Of a stretch of 64,000 nt of DNA, positions 8,088 through 17,916 are shown in pieces. Source of the DNA: Alphaproteobacteria bacterium (GTDB lineage: Bacteria > Pseudomonadota > Alphaproteobacteria > UBA7985); assembly GCA_965661545.1 (NCBI GenBank), contig CBFIEF010000008.1:38231-102230 (forward strand). The letters run 5' to 3'. A program made the position numbers and the translations under genes. Within the stretch, counting starts at the first letter, position 1; each line of letters begins with the position of its first letter. The notes beneath the pieces are model-generated. The model searched no databases, was not told where the DNA came from, and was given only the letters and a program-made list of their open reading frames with translations.

Positions 8088-10046
8088 CTATTTGTTGGCC
8101 CGGTTCGCGATCAACTCATCAACAACCGATGGATCGGCCAGCGTCGATGTATCGCCTAAATTGCCAAAGTCATTTTCGGCGATTTTCCGCAAAATTCGGC
8201 GCATGATTTTGCCCGAACGCGTCTTTGGCAAACCCGGCGCGAATTGCATGAGGTCTGGGGTCGCAACTGGCCCGATTTCAGTCCGAACGTGCTTGACCAA
8301 ATCTTTCATCAGGTCTGGCGTCGCCTCTTCACCGGCATTTAGCGTGACATAGCAATAAATGCCCTGCCCCTTGATATCATGCGGGTAGCCAACAACCGCG
8401 GCCTCGGCCACTTGGTCATGAAGCACCAATGCGCTTTCAATCTCGGCAGTCCCCATGCGATGACCCGAGACGTTCAGTACGTCATCCACTCGCCCAGTGA
8501 TCCAGTAATAGCCATCTTTGTCGCGCCGGCAGCCATCGCCAGAGAAATACAGGCCAGGGAACTGACTGAAGTATGTATCAACGAACCGAACATGGTCACC
8601 ATAGACCGAGCGCATTTGTCCCGGCCAACTGTCTTTCATGCACAAATTGCCCTCAATCTCGGTCCCGGGCGTCCATGCAATTTCTTTGCCCTCATTATCC
8701 ACGATGACAGGCTGCACGCCAAAGAACGGATTGGTGGCGGAGCCGGGCTTGAGATCAGTAGCGCCCGGCAGTGGGGTTATGAGGATCCCACCGGTTTCAG
8801 TTTGCCACCACGTATCCACAATCGGGCAGCGGCCTTCGCCAACGACGTCGTGGTACCAGCGCCAAGCCTCAGGGTTGATGGGCTCCCCGACCGACCCCAG
8901 CAGCTTGAGCGACGAGCGGTCGGTCTTGGTGACGAAGTCATCGCCTTCGCGCATCAGTGCGCGAATGGCGGTTGGGGCGGTGTAGAAAATGTTGACGCGG
9001 TGCTTTTCCACGACTTGCCAAAACCGACTGACATCGGGGTAGTTTGGCACGCCTTCAAACATCAGCGTGGTCGCACCATTCATCAGGGGACCATAAACGA
9101 TGTACGAGTGGCCGGTGATCCAGCCAACGTCCGCGGTGCACCAGTAAACGTCTCCGTCTTGGTAGTCGAAGACGTATTGGTGGGTCATGGCGGCATAGAC
9201 ACCGTAGCCGCCTGTGGTGTGCAGCACGCCCTTTGGCTTGCCGGTGGAGCCAGACGTGTACAAAATGAACAGGGGGTCTTCGGCGTTCATAGGCTCAGGC
9301 TCGCACACATCCGACTGCGCGCTGACCAGTTCGTGGTACCAAATGTCGTTGTCGCGCCACTCGACCTCGCCGCCCGTGCGCTTCACGACCAAGCATTTCA
9401 CGTCCCGTCCTGAGATGTCGATCGCTCGGTCTGCATTGGCCTTCAGTGGAATCGCTTTGGAACCGCGCAAGCCTTGGTCAGCTGTGATCAAGAAGTCTGA
9501 TTCGCAGCCCTCAATCCGCGACCCCAGCGCTTCGGGTGAAAATCCGCCAAACACAATTGAGTGGATTGCCCCAACCCGTGCACAGGCAAGCATGGCGTAA
9601 GCTGCTTCGAGGATCATGGGCATATACAGCGTCACCCGGTCGCCCTTCTTCACGCCCATCGCGCGCAGGCCGTTGGCCAGGCGGTTCACGTGGCCAGACA
9701 ACTCGCGATAGGTCACGCGCGCGTCCTCATTCGGGTCATCGCCCTCAAAGATAATCGCGACCTGATCGCCTCGCGTGTCCAAGTGACGATCGATGGCGTT
9801 CACCGACAGGTTCAGGACGCCGTCTTCGAACCACTTAATTTGCACGTCCGTGCCAGAACCGTTTCCGTAGTCCACCGACTTCACCGTCGCAAACGGCGTC
9901 ATCCAGTCCAGGCGCTTTCCTTGCTCCGCCCAAAACGCATCGGGATCATTGATGCTCTCAGCGTACATGCGTTGGTAGTCTTCGGGCGCAGCGTGCGTGG
10001 TATGTGGACCGCGCTCAGCGACGGGGTAGAGTTTCTTGGGTTCCAT
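8088..10046 (-). CDS. acs: acetyl-CoA synthetase
   Basis: 652 aa: ...[25 protein letters not shown]..., [15 protein letters not shown]-binding motif, C-terminal [17 protein letters not shown]. Confidence 0.95.
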   Translation of the reverse strand: MEPKKLYPVAERGPHTTHAAPEDYQRMYAESINDPDAFWAEQGKRLDWMTPFATVKSVDYGNGSGTDVQIKWFEDGVLNLSVNAIDRHLDTRGDQVAIIFEGDDPNEDARVTYRELSGHVNRLANGLRAMGVKKGDRVTLYMPMILEAAYAMLACARVGAIHSIVFGGFSPEALGSRIEGCESDFLITADQGLRGSKAIPLKANADRAIDISGRDVKCLVVKRTGGEVEWRDNDIWYHELVSAQSDVCEPEPMNAEDPLFILYTSGSTGKPKGVLHTTGGYGVYAAMTHQYVFDYQDGDVYWCTADVGWITGHSYIVYGPLMNGATTLMFEGVPNYPDVSRFWQVVEKHRVNIFYTAPTAIRALMREGDDFVTKTDRSSLKLLGSVGEPINPEAWRWYHDVVGEGRCPIVDTWWQTETGGILITPLPGATDLKPGSATNPFFGVQPVIVDNEGKEIAWTPGTEIEGNLCMKDSWPGQMRSVYGDHVRFVDTYFSQFPGLYFSGDGCRRDKDGYYWITGRVDDVLNVSGHRMGTAEIESALVLHDQVAEAAVVGYPHDIKGQGIYCYVTLNAGEEATPDLMKDLVKHVRTEIGPVATPDLMQFAPGLPKTRSGKIMRRILRKIAENDFGNLGDTSTLADPSVVDELIANRANK

Positions 10047-10119
10047 GAGGAGCGTTCCCTCTTAAATGTAGCGTCATTGACAGTTTGTTTCGGTTGACCA
10101 GCAGCAATCAAGCTGAGGC

Positions 10120-12003
10120 TTAATGCGTCGGTTCGATCAGCGGCTTGATCTGATCCAGAACGGTGATGTCCTCAATGGTCCCCGGTACGGTGTAGGGTTG
10201 ACCGTCAGCCATCGCTCGAATGATGGCGCGCAAGATCTTGCCTGACCGGGTTTTGGGCAGTTTTGCCACCACCCGTGCGTTCTTGAAAGCCGCAACCGGG
10301 CCGAGTTTCTCCCGAACCAGCGCAACGACCTCACCGGCAACATCGGCTTCTGGCCGGGCGCAACCAGCGTTCAGCACCATCAGGCCCATGGGCAGCTGTC
10401 CTTTTAGCGCATCGGCGACCCCGACAACTGCGCATTCGGCTACGTCTTCGTGACCGGTTAGGATTTCTTCCAATTGCCCCGTGGAAAGCCTATGCCCGGC
10501 GACGTTAATCACGTCATCGGTCCGCGCCATGATGTGGACGTAGCCGTCTTCGTCGATCAACCCGGCATCACCGGTTTGGTAGTAACCGGGAAAGGCCTCC
10601 ATGTAGGAGCTGAGATAGCGCTCGTGGTTATTCCACAGCGTTGCAAAAGATCCCGGCGGCAGCGGCAGTTTGGCGACAATGTTGCCGATCTCGCCCATCG
10701 ACGCTGGGGCACCCGCATCGCTCAACACCTGAATGTCCCAGCCGCAACACGCATGCGTCACCGATCCGGCTTTCATGGGCAGCGCTTCGACGCCCATCAG
10801 GTTCGAACACATGGGCGAGCCGGTTTCCGTCTGCCACCAATTGTCGATCACAGGGACCCCAAGCACCGCGCCGGTCCAGTCCGAGGTCGGTGGATCGCTG
10901 CGCTCACCAGCAAGGAACTGATGCTCCAGCGCGCTGGTGTCGTATAGAGCTTTGAGCTGACCTTGGGGGTCTTGCTGGCGGATGGCACGCATGGCGGTCG
11001 GGGCGGTAAACATGCCTTGGACGCCATACTCCTCCATGATTCGCCAAAACGCACCCGCGTCCGGCGTGCCAACGGGCTTGCCTTCGTACATGATGGTCGT
11101 CAGGCCCGTCAGAAGTGGGGCGTAAATGATATAGGAATGCCCGACAACCCAGCCGATATCGGATGCGGTAAACCACACATCCCCCGGCCTTCGGCCATAG
11201 ACGTGCTCCATGGTAAAACGCGCGATGACCGCATGACCGCCATTGTCACGCACAACGCCTTTGGGCTTACCTGTGGTGCCGGATGTATAGAGGATATAAA
11301 GCGGATCCGTGCTGGCTACGGGCACACAATCCGCCGGCTCTACGCCGTCGACAAGGTCCGCCCAATCAAGCTCGCCGTTGTCCAGCTCAGCCCGGTGCTG
11401 CTCCCGCTGCAGTACGACCACATGCTCAACCTCAACCTCAGCCAAGCGACGGCCTTCGTCGATCATGGGCTTGTAGTCGACCAGCCGCGCAGGTTCGATC
11501 CCGCAACTGGCCGTCAGAATGGCTTTGCAGGCACAATCGTCGATGCGCGTGCTCAGTTCGGCTCCGCTGAACCCACCAAAAACCACTGAATGCACAGCCC
11601 CCAGGCGTGCGCAAGCAAGCATGGCAAAGGCGGCCTCCGGCACCATCGGCATATAGATCAGCACGCGATCACCCTTGCCCACGCCCAAACGCTTCAAGCC
11701 ACCGGCAACCCGCGCCACTTCGTCCAACAATTCGGCATAAGTGTAGGTGCGCTTGGTGCCTGTCACCGGGCTGTCGTAGCAAATGGCGCGTTGGTTGCCG
11801 CGACCGTCGCGAACATGGCGATCAACGGCATTGAAACACGTGTTCAGCGTGCCGTCAGGGAACCAATGCGCCGCCGGCGCGGCGCTGGTGTCGAGGACCG
11901 TGCTCGGCTCTTGATACCAATCGATCAACTGCGCCGCCTCGCCCCAAAACCCCTCTGGGTCTGTTATCGCGCGTTCTCGCAGCGCTTTGGCTTCACCGGC
12001 CAT
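10120..12003 (-). CDS. prpE: propionyl-CoA/acyl-CoA synthetase (PrpE-like, Acs family)
   Basis: MAGEAKALRERAITDPEGFWGEAAQLIDWY...[42 protein letters not shown] 12003 is chosen over the ORF-track start at 12063. Confidence 0.75.
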   Translation of the reverse strand: MAGEAKALRERAITDPEGFWGEAAQLIDWYQEPSTVLDTSAAPAAHWFPDGTLNTCFNAVDRHVRDGRGNQRAICYDSPVTGTKRTYTYAELLDEVARVAGGLKRLGVGKGDRVLIYMPMVPEAAFAMLACARLGAVHSVVFGGFSGAELSTRIDDCACKAILTASCGIEPARLVDYKPMIDEGRRLAEVEVEHVVVLQREQHRAELDNGELDWADLVDGVEPADCVPVASTDPLYILYTSGTTGKPKGVVRDNGGHAVIARFTMEHVYGRRPGDVWFTASDIGWVVGHSYIIYAPLLTGLTTIMYEGKPVGTPDAGAFWRIMEEYGVQGMFTAPTAMRAIRQQDPQGQLKALYDTSALEHQFLAGERSDPPTSDWTGAVLGVPVIDNWWQTETGSPMCSNLMGVEALPMKAGSVTHACCGWDIQVLSDAGAPASMGEIGNIVAKLPLPPGSFATLWNNHERYLSSYMEAFPGYYQTGDAGLIDEDGYVHIMARTDDVINVAGHRLSTGQLEEILTGHEDVAECAVVGVADALKGQLPMGLMVLNAGCARPEADVAGEVVALVREKLGPVAAFKNARVVAKLPKTRSGKILRAIIRAMADGQPYTVPGTIEDITVLDQIKPLIEPTH

Positions 12004-12074
12004 GCAGTTGTCCTCCCCAAAATCATCGAATCCCGCCCACGCCGAAGCCCGGTTCTCCCACAAAGCCCCGCGCT

Positions 12075-12791
12075 CTAAATCGCCAAGTAGCGATTGCGCA
12101 GGTCTTCGTTCTCCAGCACTTCCTTCGCAGGACCGTCGTACACAACAACGCCCGTGTCCAGAATAACGGCACGATCGGAATATTTAAGCACAGCCAGGGC
12201 GTTTTGTTCCACAATGATTGTGGTGATCCCTACTTCACGGATTTGCTCAACAATGCCCTCGATTTCCTTCACAATCGTCGGCGCCAAGCCCTCGTAAGGC
12301 TCATCCAGCAGCAGCAATTTAATGTCTCGCGCCAAAGCCCGCGCCACCGCCAGCATCTGCTGCTCGCCGCCTGACATCGTCACAGCCTCTTGCCGCCGCC
12401 GTTCCGCCAGTCGCGGGAAGTGGTGATAGATGCGATCCAGCTCCCAACCTACGGGCTCGGCCACTTGCGCCAGCGTCAGATTTTCCTCCACCGTCAGCCC
12501 CGGAATGATCCGCCGGTCTTCGGGCACGAGTTGGATCCCCGCACGGCTTGCCTGAAACCCGCGCTTGTCGTGCATGCTTTCGCCTTGCAGATAAATCTCA
12601 CCGCCCTTGAGCTGCGGTTCCTCTGCCCGTGCGATACACTTCAACGTCGATGTCTTGCCTGCGCCGTTGCGGCCCAGAAGGGCCAAAACTTGGCTTTCTT
12701 CGAGGCTAAAGGACACGTCCTGCACAATGTAGGATTCGCCGTAATAGCCACGAATGTTGCTCACCTGCAGATAGGGTTGATGCGTCTTCAT
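12075..12791 (-). CDS. livF: HAAT-family (branched-chain amino acid type) ABC transporter ATP-binding protein, LivF-like
   Basis: Walker A GRNGAGKTS, signature SGGEQQML, Walker B LLLLDEP. ATG 12791 is preferred over the upstream GTG at 12812. Confidence 0.8.
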   Translation of the reverse strand: MKTHQPYLQVSNIRGYYGESYIVQDVSFSLEESQVLALLGRNGAGKTSTLKCIARAEEPQLKGGEIYLQGESMHDKRGFQASRAGIQLVPEDRRIIPGLTVEENLTLAQVAEPVGWELDRIYHHFPRLAERRRQEAVTMSGGEQQMLAVARALARDIKLLLLDEPYEGLAPTIVKEIEGIVEQIREVGITTIIVEQNALAVLKYSDRAVILDTGVVVYDGPAKEVLENEDLRNRYLAI

Positions 12792-12821
12792 TGTTCTGGG
12801 GCCCTCACTCACTCAACCCGT

Positions 12822-13583
12822 TTATTCTTCGCCCGTGTTCCCGGCGAGATAGGCTTCCTGCACCTTTGCCGAGGCTTTGATTTGCTCCGGCGTGCCTTCT
12901 TCAATTACCGTCCCTTGCGCCATCACCGAGATGCGGGTGGACAGGGAAAAGACCACGTGCATGTCGTGCTCGATGATCACTTTGGTCATGCCGCGCGAAT
13001 GGATTTTTTGCAGCAGTTCGATGGTGTTGTTTGTGTCCGCGCGGGACATGCCAGCGGTAGGTTCATCCAGCAGCAGCAACCGCGGGTTTTGCACAAGGCA
13101 CATCGCCAGTTCCAACCGCCGTTTATCCCCGCGCGATTGATTCGCCGCCGTGCCGTGCATTTTGTCTGACAACCCAACGTCATCCAGCGCGTGCTCTGCC
13201 CGCTCGCGGATGGCTCGCCGGTTCATGGCGGCGCCCAGCGGGTTGATGGTGAAGGTGCCATCTTCCTTAGCCAAGGCTGGAATCATGACATTTTCCAGCA
13301 ATGACAGCTCAGCGAAGATTTCCGGCGTCTGAAACACCCTGCTTATGCCCAGTTGGTTGATCTGCGTCGGATCCTTGCCCAAAACAGCATCCCCGTTGAA
13401 CAGAATGGCCCCCTCATCGGGTTTGAGCTTGCCCACAAAGGTGTGCAGCAGGGTCGATTTGCCCGCGCCATTGGGTCCAATAACGGCGTGAACCGTCCCT
13501 TCTTCGACGTTCAAATTCACATCGTTCAGCGCCTTGAGACCGCCGAAGGACTTCTTGATACCGTTAACCGTTAGCAGGCTCAT
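12822..13583 (-). CDS. livG: HAAT-family ABC transporter ATP-binding protein, LivG-like
   Basis: GPNGAGKSTL, LLLLDEPTAGM, and the C-terminal LivG-type extension. Confidence 0.85.
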   Translation of the reverse strand: MSLLTVNGIKKSFGGLKALNDVNLNVEEGTVHAVIGPNGAGKSTLLHTFVGKLKPDEGAILFNGDAVLGKDPTQINQLGISRVFQTPEIFAELSLLENVMIPALAKEDGTFTINPLGAAMNRRAIRERAEHALDDVGLSDKMHGTAANQSRGDKRRLELAMCLVQNPRLLLLDEPTAGMSRADTNNTIELLQKIHSRGMTKVIIEHDMHVVFSLSTRISVMAQGTVIEEGTPEQIKASAKVQEAYLAGNTGEE

Positions 13584-13612
13584 GGTGGTTTCCTTATCCG
13601 AGGGTCTAACGC

Positions 13613-14368
13613 TTAAGCCGTAGCTGGCGAGGGCGCGTTGGGGTCCGTGGCTTTTCGGGTCAAATCTGGCGCTGCGGCCTCCTCCACCACGGGTGCATCA
13701 GCCGCTCCGCCGCCGCCAGAAGGCAACGCTGCAGCGCTCTTCGCCGCTTTTTCCTGCTGCCAAAGCACGATAGGCCGAATGATGGCGTAAACGATGAACA
13801 GCAGCAGCGGCACAAACATCGCCCAACCGGGTAAGACGTCACCCAGAACAAACCGATCAAGCGCGTAAATGACGTAAATCAGGCCAAAGCTCAGCAGGAA
13901 CAACCGCTTGGTCTGCGCCTGCCACCGCTGCCACAGCGATACCCCGCCACCGGGCAGGAAAATCACCATCAGCATGAACACCAAACCCATGCCCAATTCC
14001 CAGCCCTCGCCGACAAACAGGTGCGGCAGGTGCGCGATGGGCCACTCGATGAAGCTTGGAAACGGCAGGGCGTCTTCAATGGCGTGGGTCAGCCGATCCA
14101 CGTCGATAGAGGAGATGATGTTGCCGAAGTACTTTACGATCAATGCCCCGATAAACGGCCCGACCACCGACCCCATACCACCGAGGATGTTCATGATGAC
14201 CACCTTGCCAGATTCCGTCCATTCCATCCGGTCTGGCGGCGCATTGGGGTCCATCGCAACAAACAGCGCACCCGCCAGCCCCGCAAACATGGCGGCGGTC
14301 GGTCCCAGTTGAGGAGCTTCGCGGCCTGTCGCAGCGCTTTTTAGGGCGCCGAGCCACCGCAGGCTTGT
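13613..14368 (-). pseudogene. 5'-truncated LivM-type permease remnant (C-terminal half only, with extra C-terminal TM/low-complexity tail)
   Basis: The frame is open only from 14368, with an in-frame TAA at 14371-14369. It contains only late LivM motifs (FAGLAGALF, ILGGMGSVVGPFIGA). No livH or solute-binding gene lies upstream; a kinase gene on the opposite strand is there instead. Confidence 0.6.
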
Positions 14369-15336
14369 TTAGCGATACCCTGCCCCAAGACGAGCGCGCG
14401 CTGTCCAATCTTGTGAGCCGGGTAGAGGCAGAATTGGCCTCGACCATCGGGTCCGCCTCGGCGCGCCTGCTGGTGAGCCGAACGGGTCAGGGCGATAACC
14501 TGTCGGCCCACGACGTTTACCGCATTCTTGATGAAGCCAGCCAGATCCGCGAATACAGCCGCGAGCTCGAAAACCGCACCACCCAACTCCGCGACGCAAA
14601 CACCAAATTGCAGGCTTTGGACACGATGAAGGATCTATTCCTGTCCCAAGTCAGCCACGAACTGCGCACGCCCATGACCTCCGTCCGCTCGTTCTCCGAA
14701 ATTCTGGCTGAAGAGAGCGATTTGCCTGAAGATCAGCGGCGGCGCTTTGCAGGGATCATCAGTCAGGAAACCGACCGCCTGACCCAATTGCTCGACAATA
14801 TTCTGCACCTGAACCGGTTGGAAAGTCAGGACGCAGAAACGGCGCAGCGGGCCAAGAAAGCCCTCGTCGGCAATGCGCCCGTGCTGCGCGGGTTAACCCT
14901 GCTACAGCCCTTAGCCGACCAGCACGGTGTTGCCTTAGCCATCGAGCTGGAACACAGCGGAGCGGAGATTTTTGGGGACTTTGATAGTCTGGAACAAGTG
15001 GTGATTAACCTGCTGTCCAACGCCATCAAATTCGCCGATGGGGAACGCCCCCAGTGTGAAGTCAAAACCTTCATTGAAAACGGTACGTTCTATATCGAGA
15101 TTTCCGATAACGGGCCGGGGCTCAGTCCTGATTTCCTGACGGCCCACAGCCCGCAAGCGGTGCATCGGGTCGATCATACGTCCCGCGGACGCTGGCTGGG
15201 CAACGGGTTGGGGCTGACGATTTCGCGGCGGATCCTGAGCACCCATGATGGCACCCTAATTATCGCCAACACTGGCAAGCCCGGAACCTGCATTCGAGCC
15301 GGTCTACCGCTTCTGCCAGCAGGAAAATCCAGCTAA
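14365..15336 (+). CDS. histidine kinase core (HisKA + HATPase_c), no TM or sensor domain, TTG start; possibly 5'-truncated
   Basis: H-box SHELRTPMTSVRSFSEIL, N-box LLSNAIKF, G-boxes DNGPGL and GNGLGLTISRRI. The first possible start in the frame is TTG 14365. Confidence 0.75.
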   Translation: MFSDTLPQDERALSNLVSRVEAELASTIGSASARLLVSRTGQGDNLSAHDVYRILDEASQIREYSRELENRTTQLRDANTKLQALDTMKDLFLSQVSHELRTPMTSVRSFSEILAEESDLPEDQRRRFAGIISQETDRLTQLLDNILHLNRLESQDAETAQRAKKALVGNAPVLRGLTLLQPLADQHGVALAIELEHSGAEIFGDFDSLEQVVINLLSNAIKFADGERPQCEVKTFIENGTFYIEISDNGPGLSPDFLTAHSPQAVHRVDHTSRGRWLGNGLGLTISRRILSTHDGTLIIANTGKPGTCIRAGLPLLPAGKSS

Positions 15337-15338
15337 CC

Positions 15339-15366
15339 CCCTTTCATGCAGTGAAAGGGTCTTTTG
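15339..15366 (+). terminator. rho-independent terminator of the histidine kinase gene
   Basis: CCCTTTCA-TGCAG-TGAAAGGG (8-bp stem) followed by TCTTTTG. Confidence 0.7.
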
Positions 15367-15474
15367 CGCTACGGGTTACGGAAAATCGTCTGGAGAGCGG
15401 TTGCTAATGGCGCAAACGCGTCCTAGCCTTTGATGTAACAAACGTTTCATAAATCGAAACCAAGGGACCAAACT

Positions 15475-17916
15475 GTGCGCCGAGCCACCACTTTCGACGT
15501 TTCCCCTGAGACCCTAAAGCACGATATCCTCGATACCCTGTACTATGTAATCGGCAAGGATCCTGAGCACGCTCAGCCCTTTGATTGGATGGCGGCTCTT
15601 ACCCGTCTCACACGACGCTATATCGCTCATTCGTGGATTGATGCCACGCAATCCACCTACGCCTTTGACCGCAAGCGGGTTTATTACCTGTCGATGGAGT
15701 TCATGATTGGACGCATCATCGAAGACGCTTTGCGCAATATTGGCCTGTATGATGCGGCTCAAGAAGCCCTTTCCAGCCATGGTGTCGATATGCAAGCGGT
15801 CATGTCCAGCGAGCCGGATCCGGCCTTGGGCAATGGCGGTTTGGGACGCTTAGCAGCGTGCTATATGGAGTCGATGGCAACACTGGGAATCAGCGGTTTT
15901 GGCTATGGAATCCGCTACGAAAGCGGACTTTTCAAGCAAAGCGTCGAAAAAGGGTGGCAGGTCGAGGAGCCGGATGACTGGACCAGCGGCGGCTCATTTT
16001 GGGAGTTTCCCCGCTCAGAAGTCCACTACGACATCGGCTTTATGGGCACCACACGCCAGCGCGATAAAGCCGTCACATGGACCCCCGGTGAGACCGTCGA
16101 GGCTATGGCCAACGACTTTCCCATTATCGGCTGGCAAGGCAAGTCGGCGGCGACGCTACGGCTGTGGTCTGCACGGTCCAAAGCCCCGTTGAACATGTCC
16201 GCGTTTGACCAGGGCGACTATTTGGGCGCGTACCGCCCGAAAATTATGGCCGAAGCGATATCACAGGTTCTCTACCCCAACGACAGCACCGAACAGGGGA
16301 AACGACTGCGGTTGAGTCAGGAGTATTTCTTCTCCGCCGCATCAATCAAAGACATCATCCGCCGCTATTTGAGCAATCACAGTGATCTGCGGAACTTGCC
16401 GGACAAGGTAACGATCCAGCTCAACGATACCCATCCGGCGATTGCCATTCCTGAATTTGTGCGGCTGCTGATGGATGAGCATGGTGTCAGTCTGGATGAC
16501 GCGTTCGAGCTTGCTCAGCAGACGTTCAACTACACCAACCACACCCTGCTGCCCGAAGCATTAGAGACGTGGCACGTAGGCTTGCTGGGCGATTTGCTAC
16601 CCCGGCACATGCAGCTGATCTACGAGATCAATGCACGGGTTCTGACCAAGCGGCGGGCGGATGCGGGCAACCGGGATCCTTACCTGTCTGATGTATCGCT
16701 GATTGAGGAACAAGGCGGCGGTTACGTGCGCATGGGCCATTTGGCGTTTATTGGCTCGCAGAAAACCAATGGCGTCTCGGCTTTGCATTCGGATTTGGTT
16801 GAAAGCCAGTTGTTCCGCAATCTTGGAACACACTTCCCCAACAAAATCACCAACGTCACCAATGGCGTCACGCCGCGACGCTGGCTGAACGGCTGTAACC
16901 CCGGTTTAGCCACGTTCGTCACCGAAGCGGTGGGCGATGGATGGCAGACGGATCTGGAGCGCTTGCGCGGCTTGGAAGCGCTGACCGACGACGCCAGCGC
17001 GCGCGAACGGTTTGCAGCGGTTAAGCGACAGAACAAAACCGCTCTGGCCGCTTACATCGCTGATGAAGTCGATATTCGGGTCTCCCCAGATGCCATGTTC
17101 GACAGTCAGATCAAGCGCATCCACGAATATAAGCGCCAGCTGCTCAACGTCCTGCACGCCATCGCGCTCTATCTGAACATCAAGGACCGCGGCGAAGCGC
17201 CAATCGCGCCAACGGTGAAGATTTTCTCGGGCAAGGCTGCGGCAAGCTACACCCGCGCCAAAGAGATCATCCGCCTCATGCACGGCGTCGCGGACAAGGT
17301 GAACAATGACCCAGCGGTGGGCGATGCGCTGAAAGTTGTGTTCTTGCCAAACTATCGCGTTACGACGGCAGAGCTGATTATTCCCGCGACCGACCTTTCC
17401 GAGCAGATTTCGACCGCCGGTATGGAAGCGAGCGGAACCGGGAACATGAAGTTCGCGCTGAACGGCGCGCTGACCATCGGTACGCTCGATGGGGCCAACG
17501 TGGAGATCATGGAGCACGTCGGCGCTGAGAACATTGAGATCTTTGGCCTGACGACCGAAGAGGTCCACGAACGGCGGCTGATGGGGCAGTGTCCGTCAGA
17601 CCTTTCTGACCCGCTGGACATGAAAGCGCGGGTGCTGGATGCCATTTCGTCAGGCACCTTTGGGCACGATGTCGCTGAGGCCTGTACCGGCATGATCAAC
17701 GATCTGACGCTGCATGATTATTTCTTGGTGATGGCTGATTTTGACGACTACTTGAGCGCCCAGACGCGCGTCGAGACGAGCTTTCAAGATCAGCAGGGTT
17801 GGACACGCCGGACCATGCTGAACACCGCACGCATGGGCTGGTTCAGCTCGGATCGCTCGGTTGCTGATTACGCCCGAACCATCTGGAACCTGCCGGAGGA
17901 CAATTTTGGTGTCTGA
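15475..17916 (+). CDS. glgP: glycogen phosphorylase
   Basis: 813 aa: EPDPALGNGGLGRLAAC, and the PLP-site region EASGTGNMKFALNGALTIGTLDGANVEI. Confidence 0.95.
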   Translation: MRRATTFDVSPETLKHDILDTLYYVIGKDPEHAQPFDWMAALTRLTRRYIAHSWIDATQSTYAFDRKRVYYLSMEFMIGRIIEDALRNIGLYDAAQEALSSHGVDMQAVMSSEPDPALGNGGLGRLAACYMESMATLGISGFGYGIRYESGLFKQSVEKGWQVEEPDDWTSGGSFWEFPRSEVHYDIGFMGTTRQRDKAVTWTPGETVEAMANDFPIIGWQGKSAATLRLWSARSKAPLNMSAFDQGDYLGAYRPKIMAEAISQVLYPNDSTEQGKRLRLSQEYFFSAASIKDIIRRYLSNHSDLRNLPDKVTIQLNDTHPAIAIPEFVRLLMDEHGVSLDDAFELAQQTFNYTNHTLLPEALETWHVGLLGDLLPRHMQLIYEINARVLTKRRADAGNRDPYLSDVSLIEEQGGGYVRMGHLAFIGSQKTNGVSALHSDLVESQLFRNLGTHFPNKITNVTNGVTPRRWLNGCNPGLATFVTEAVGDGWQTDLERLRGLEALTDDASARERFAAVKRQNKTALAAYIADEVDIRVSPDAMFDSQIKRIHEYKRQLLNVLHAIALYLNIKDRGEAPIAPTVKIFSGKAAASYTRAKEIIRLMHGVADKVNNDPAVGDALKVVFLPNYRVTTAELIIPATDLSEQISTAGMEASGTGNMKFALNGALTIGTLDGANVEIMEHVGAENIEIFGLTTEEVHERRLMGQCPSDLSDPLDMKARVLDAISSGTFGHDVAEACTGMINDLTLHDYFLVMADFDDYLSAQTRVETSFQDQQGWTRRTMLNTARMGWFSSDRSVADYARTIWNLPEDNFGV

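Noticed and set aside
8379-9413. 344-aa ORF on the + strand.
   Set aside because: It lies entirely antisense to the well-supported acs gene. Long antisense ORFs like this are typical artefacts of GC-rich coding DNA, and the product is low-complexity and Arg/Ala/Gly/Pro-rich.
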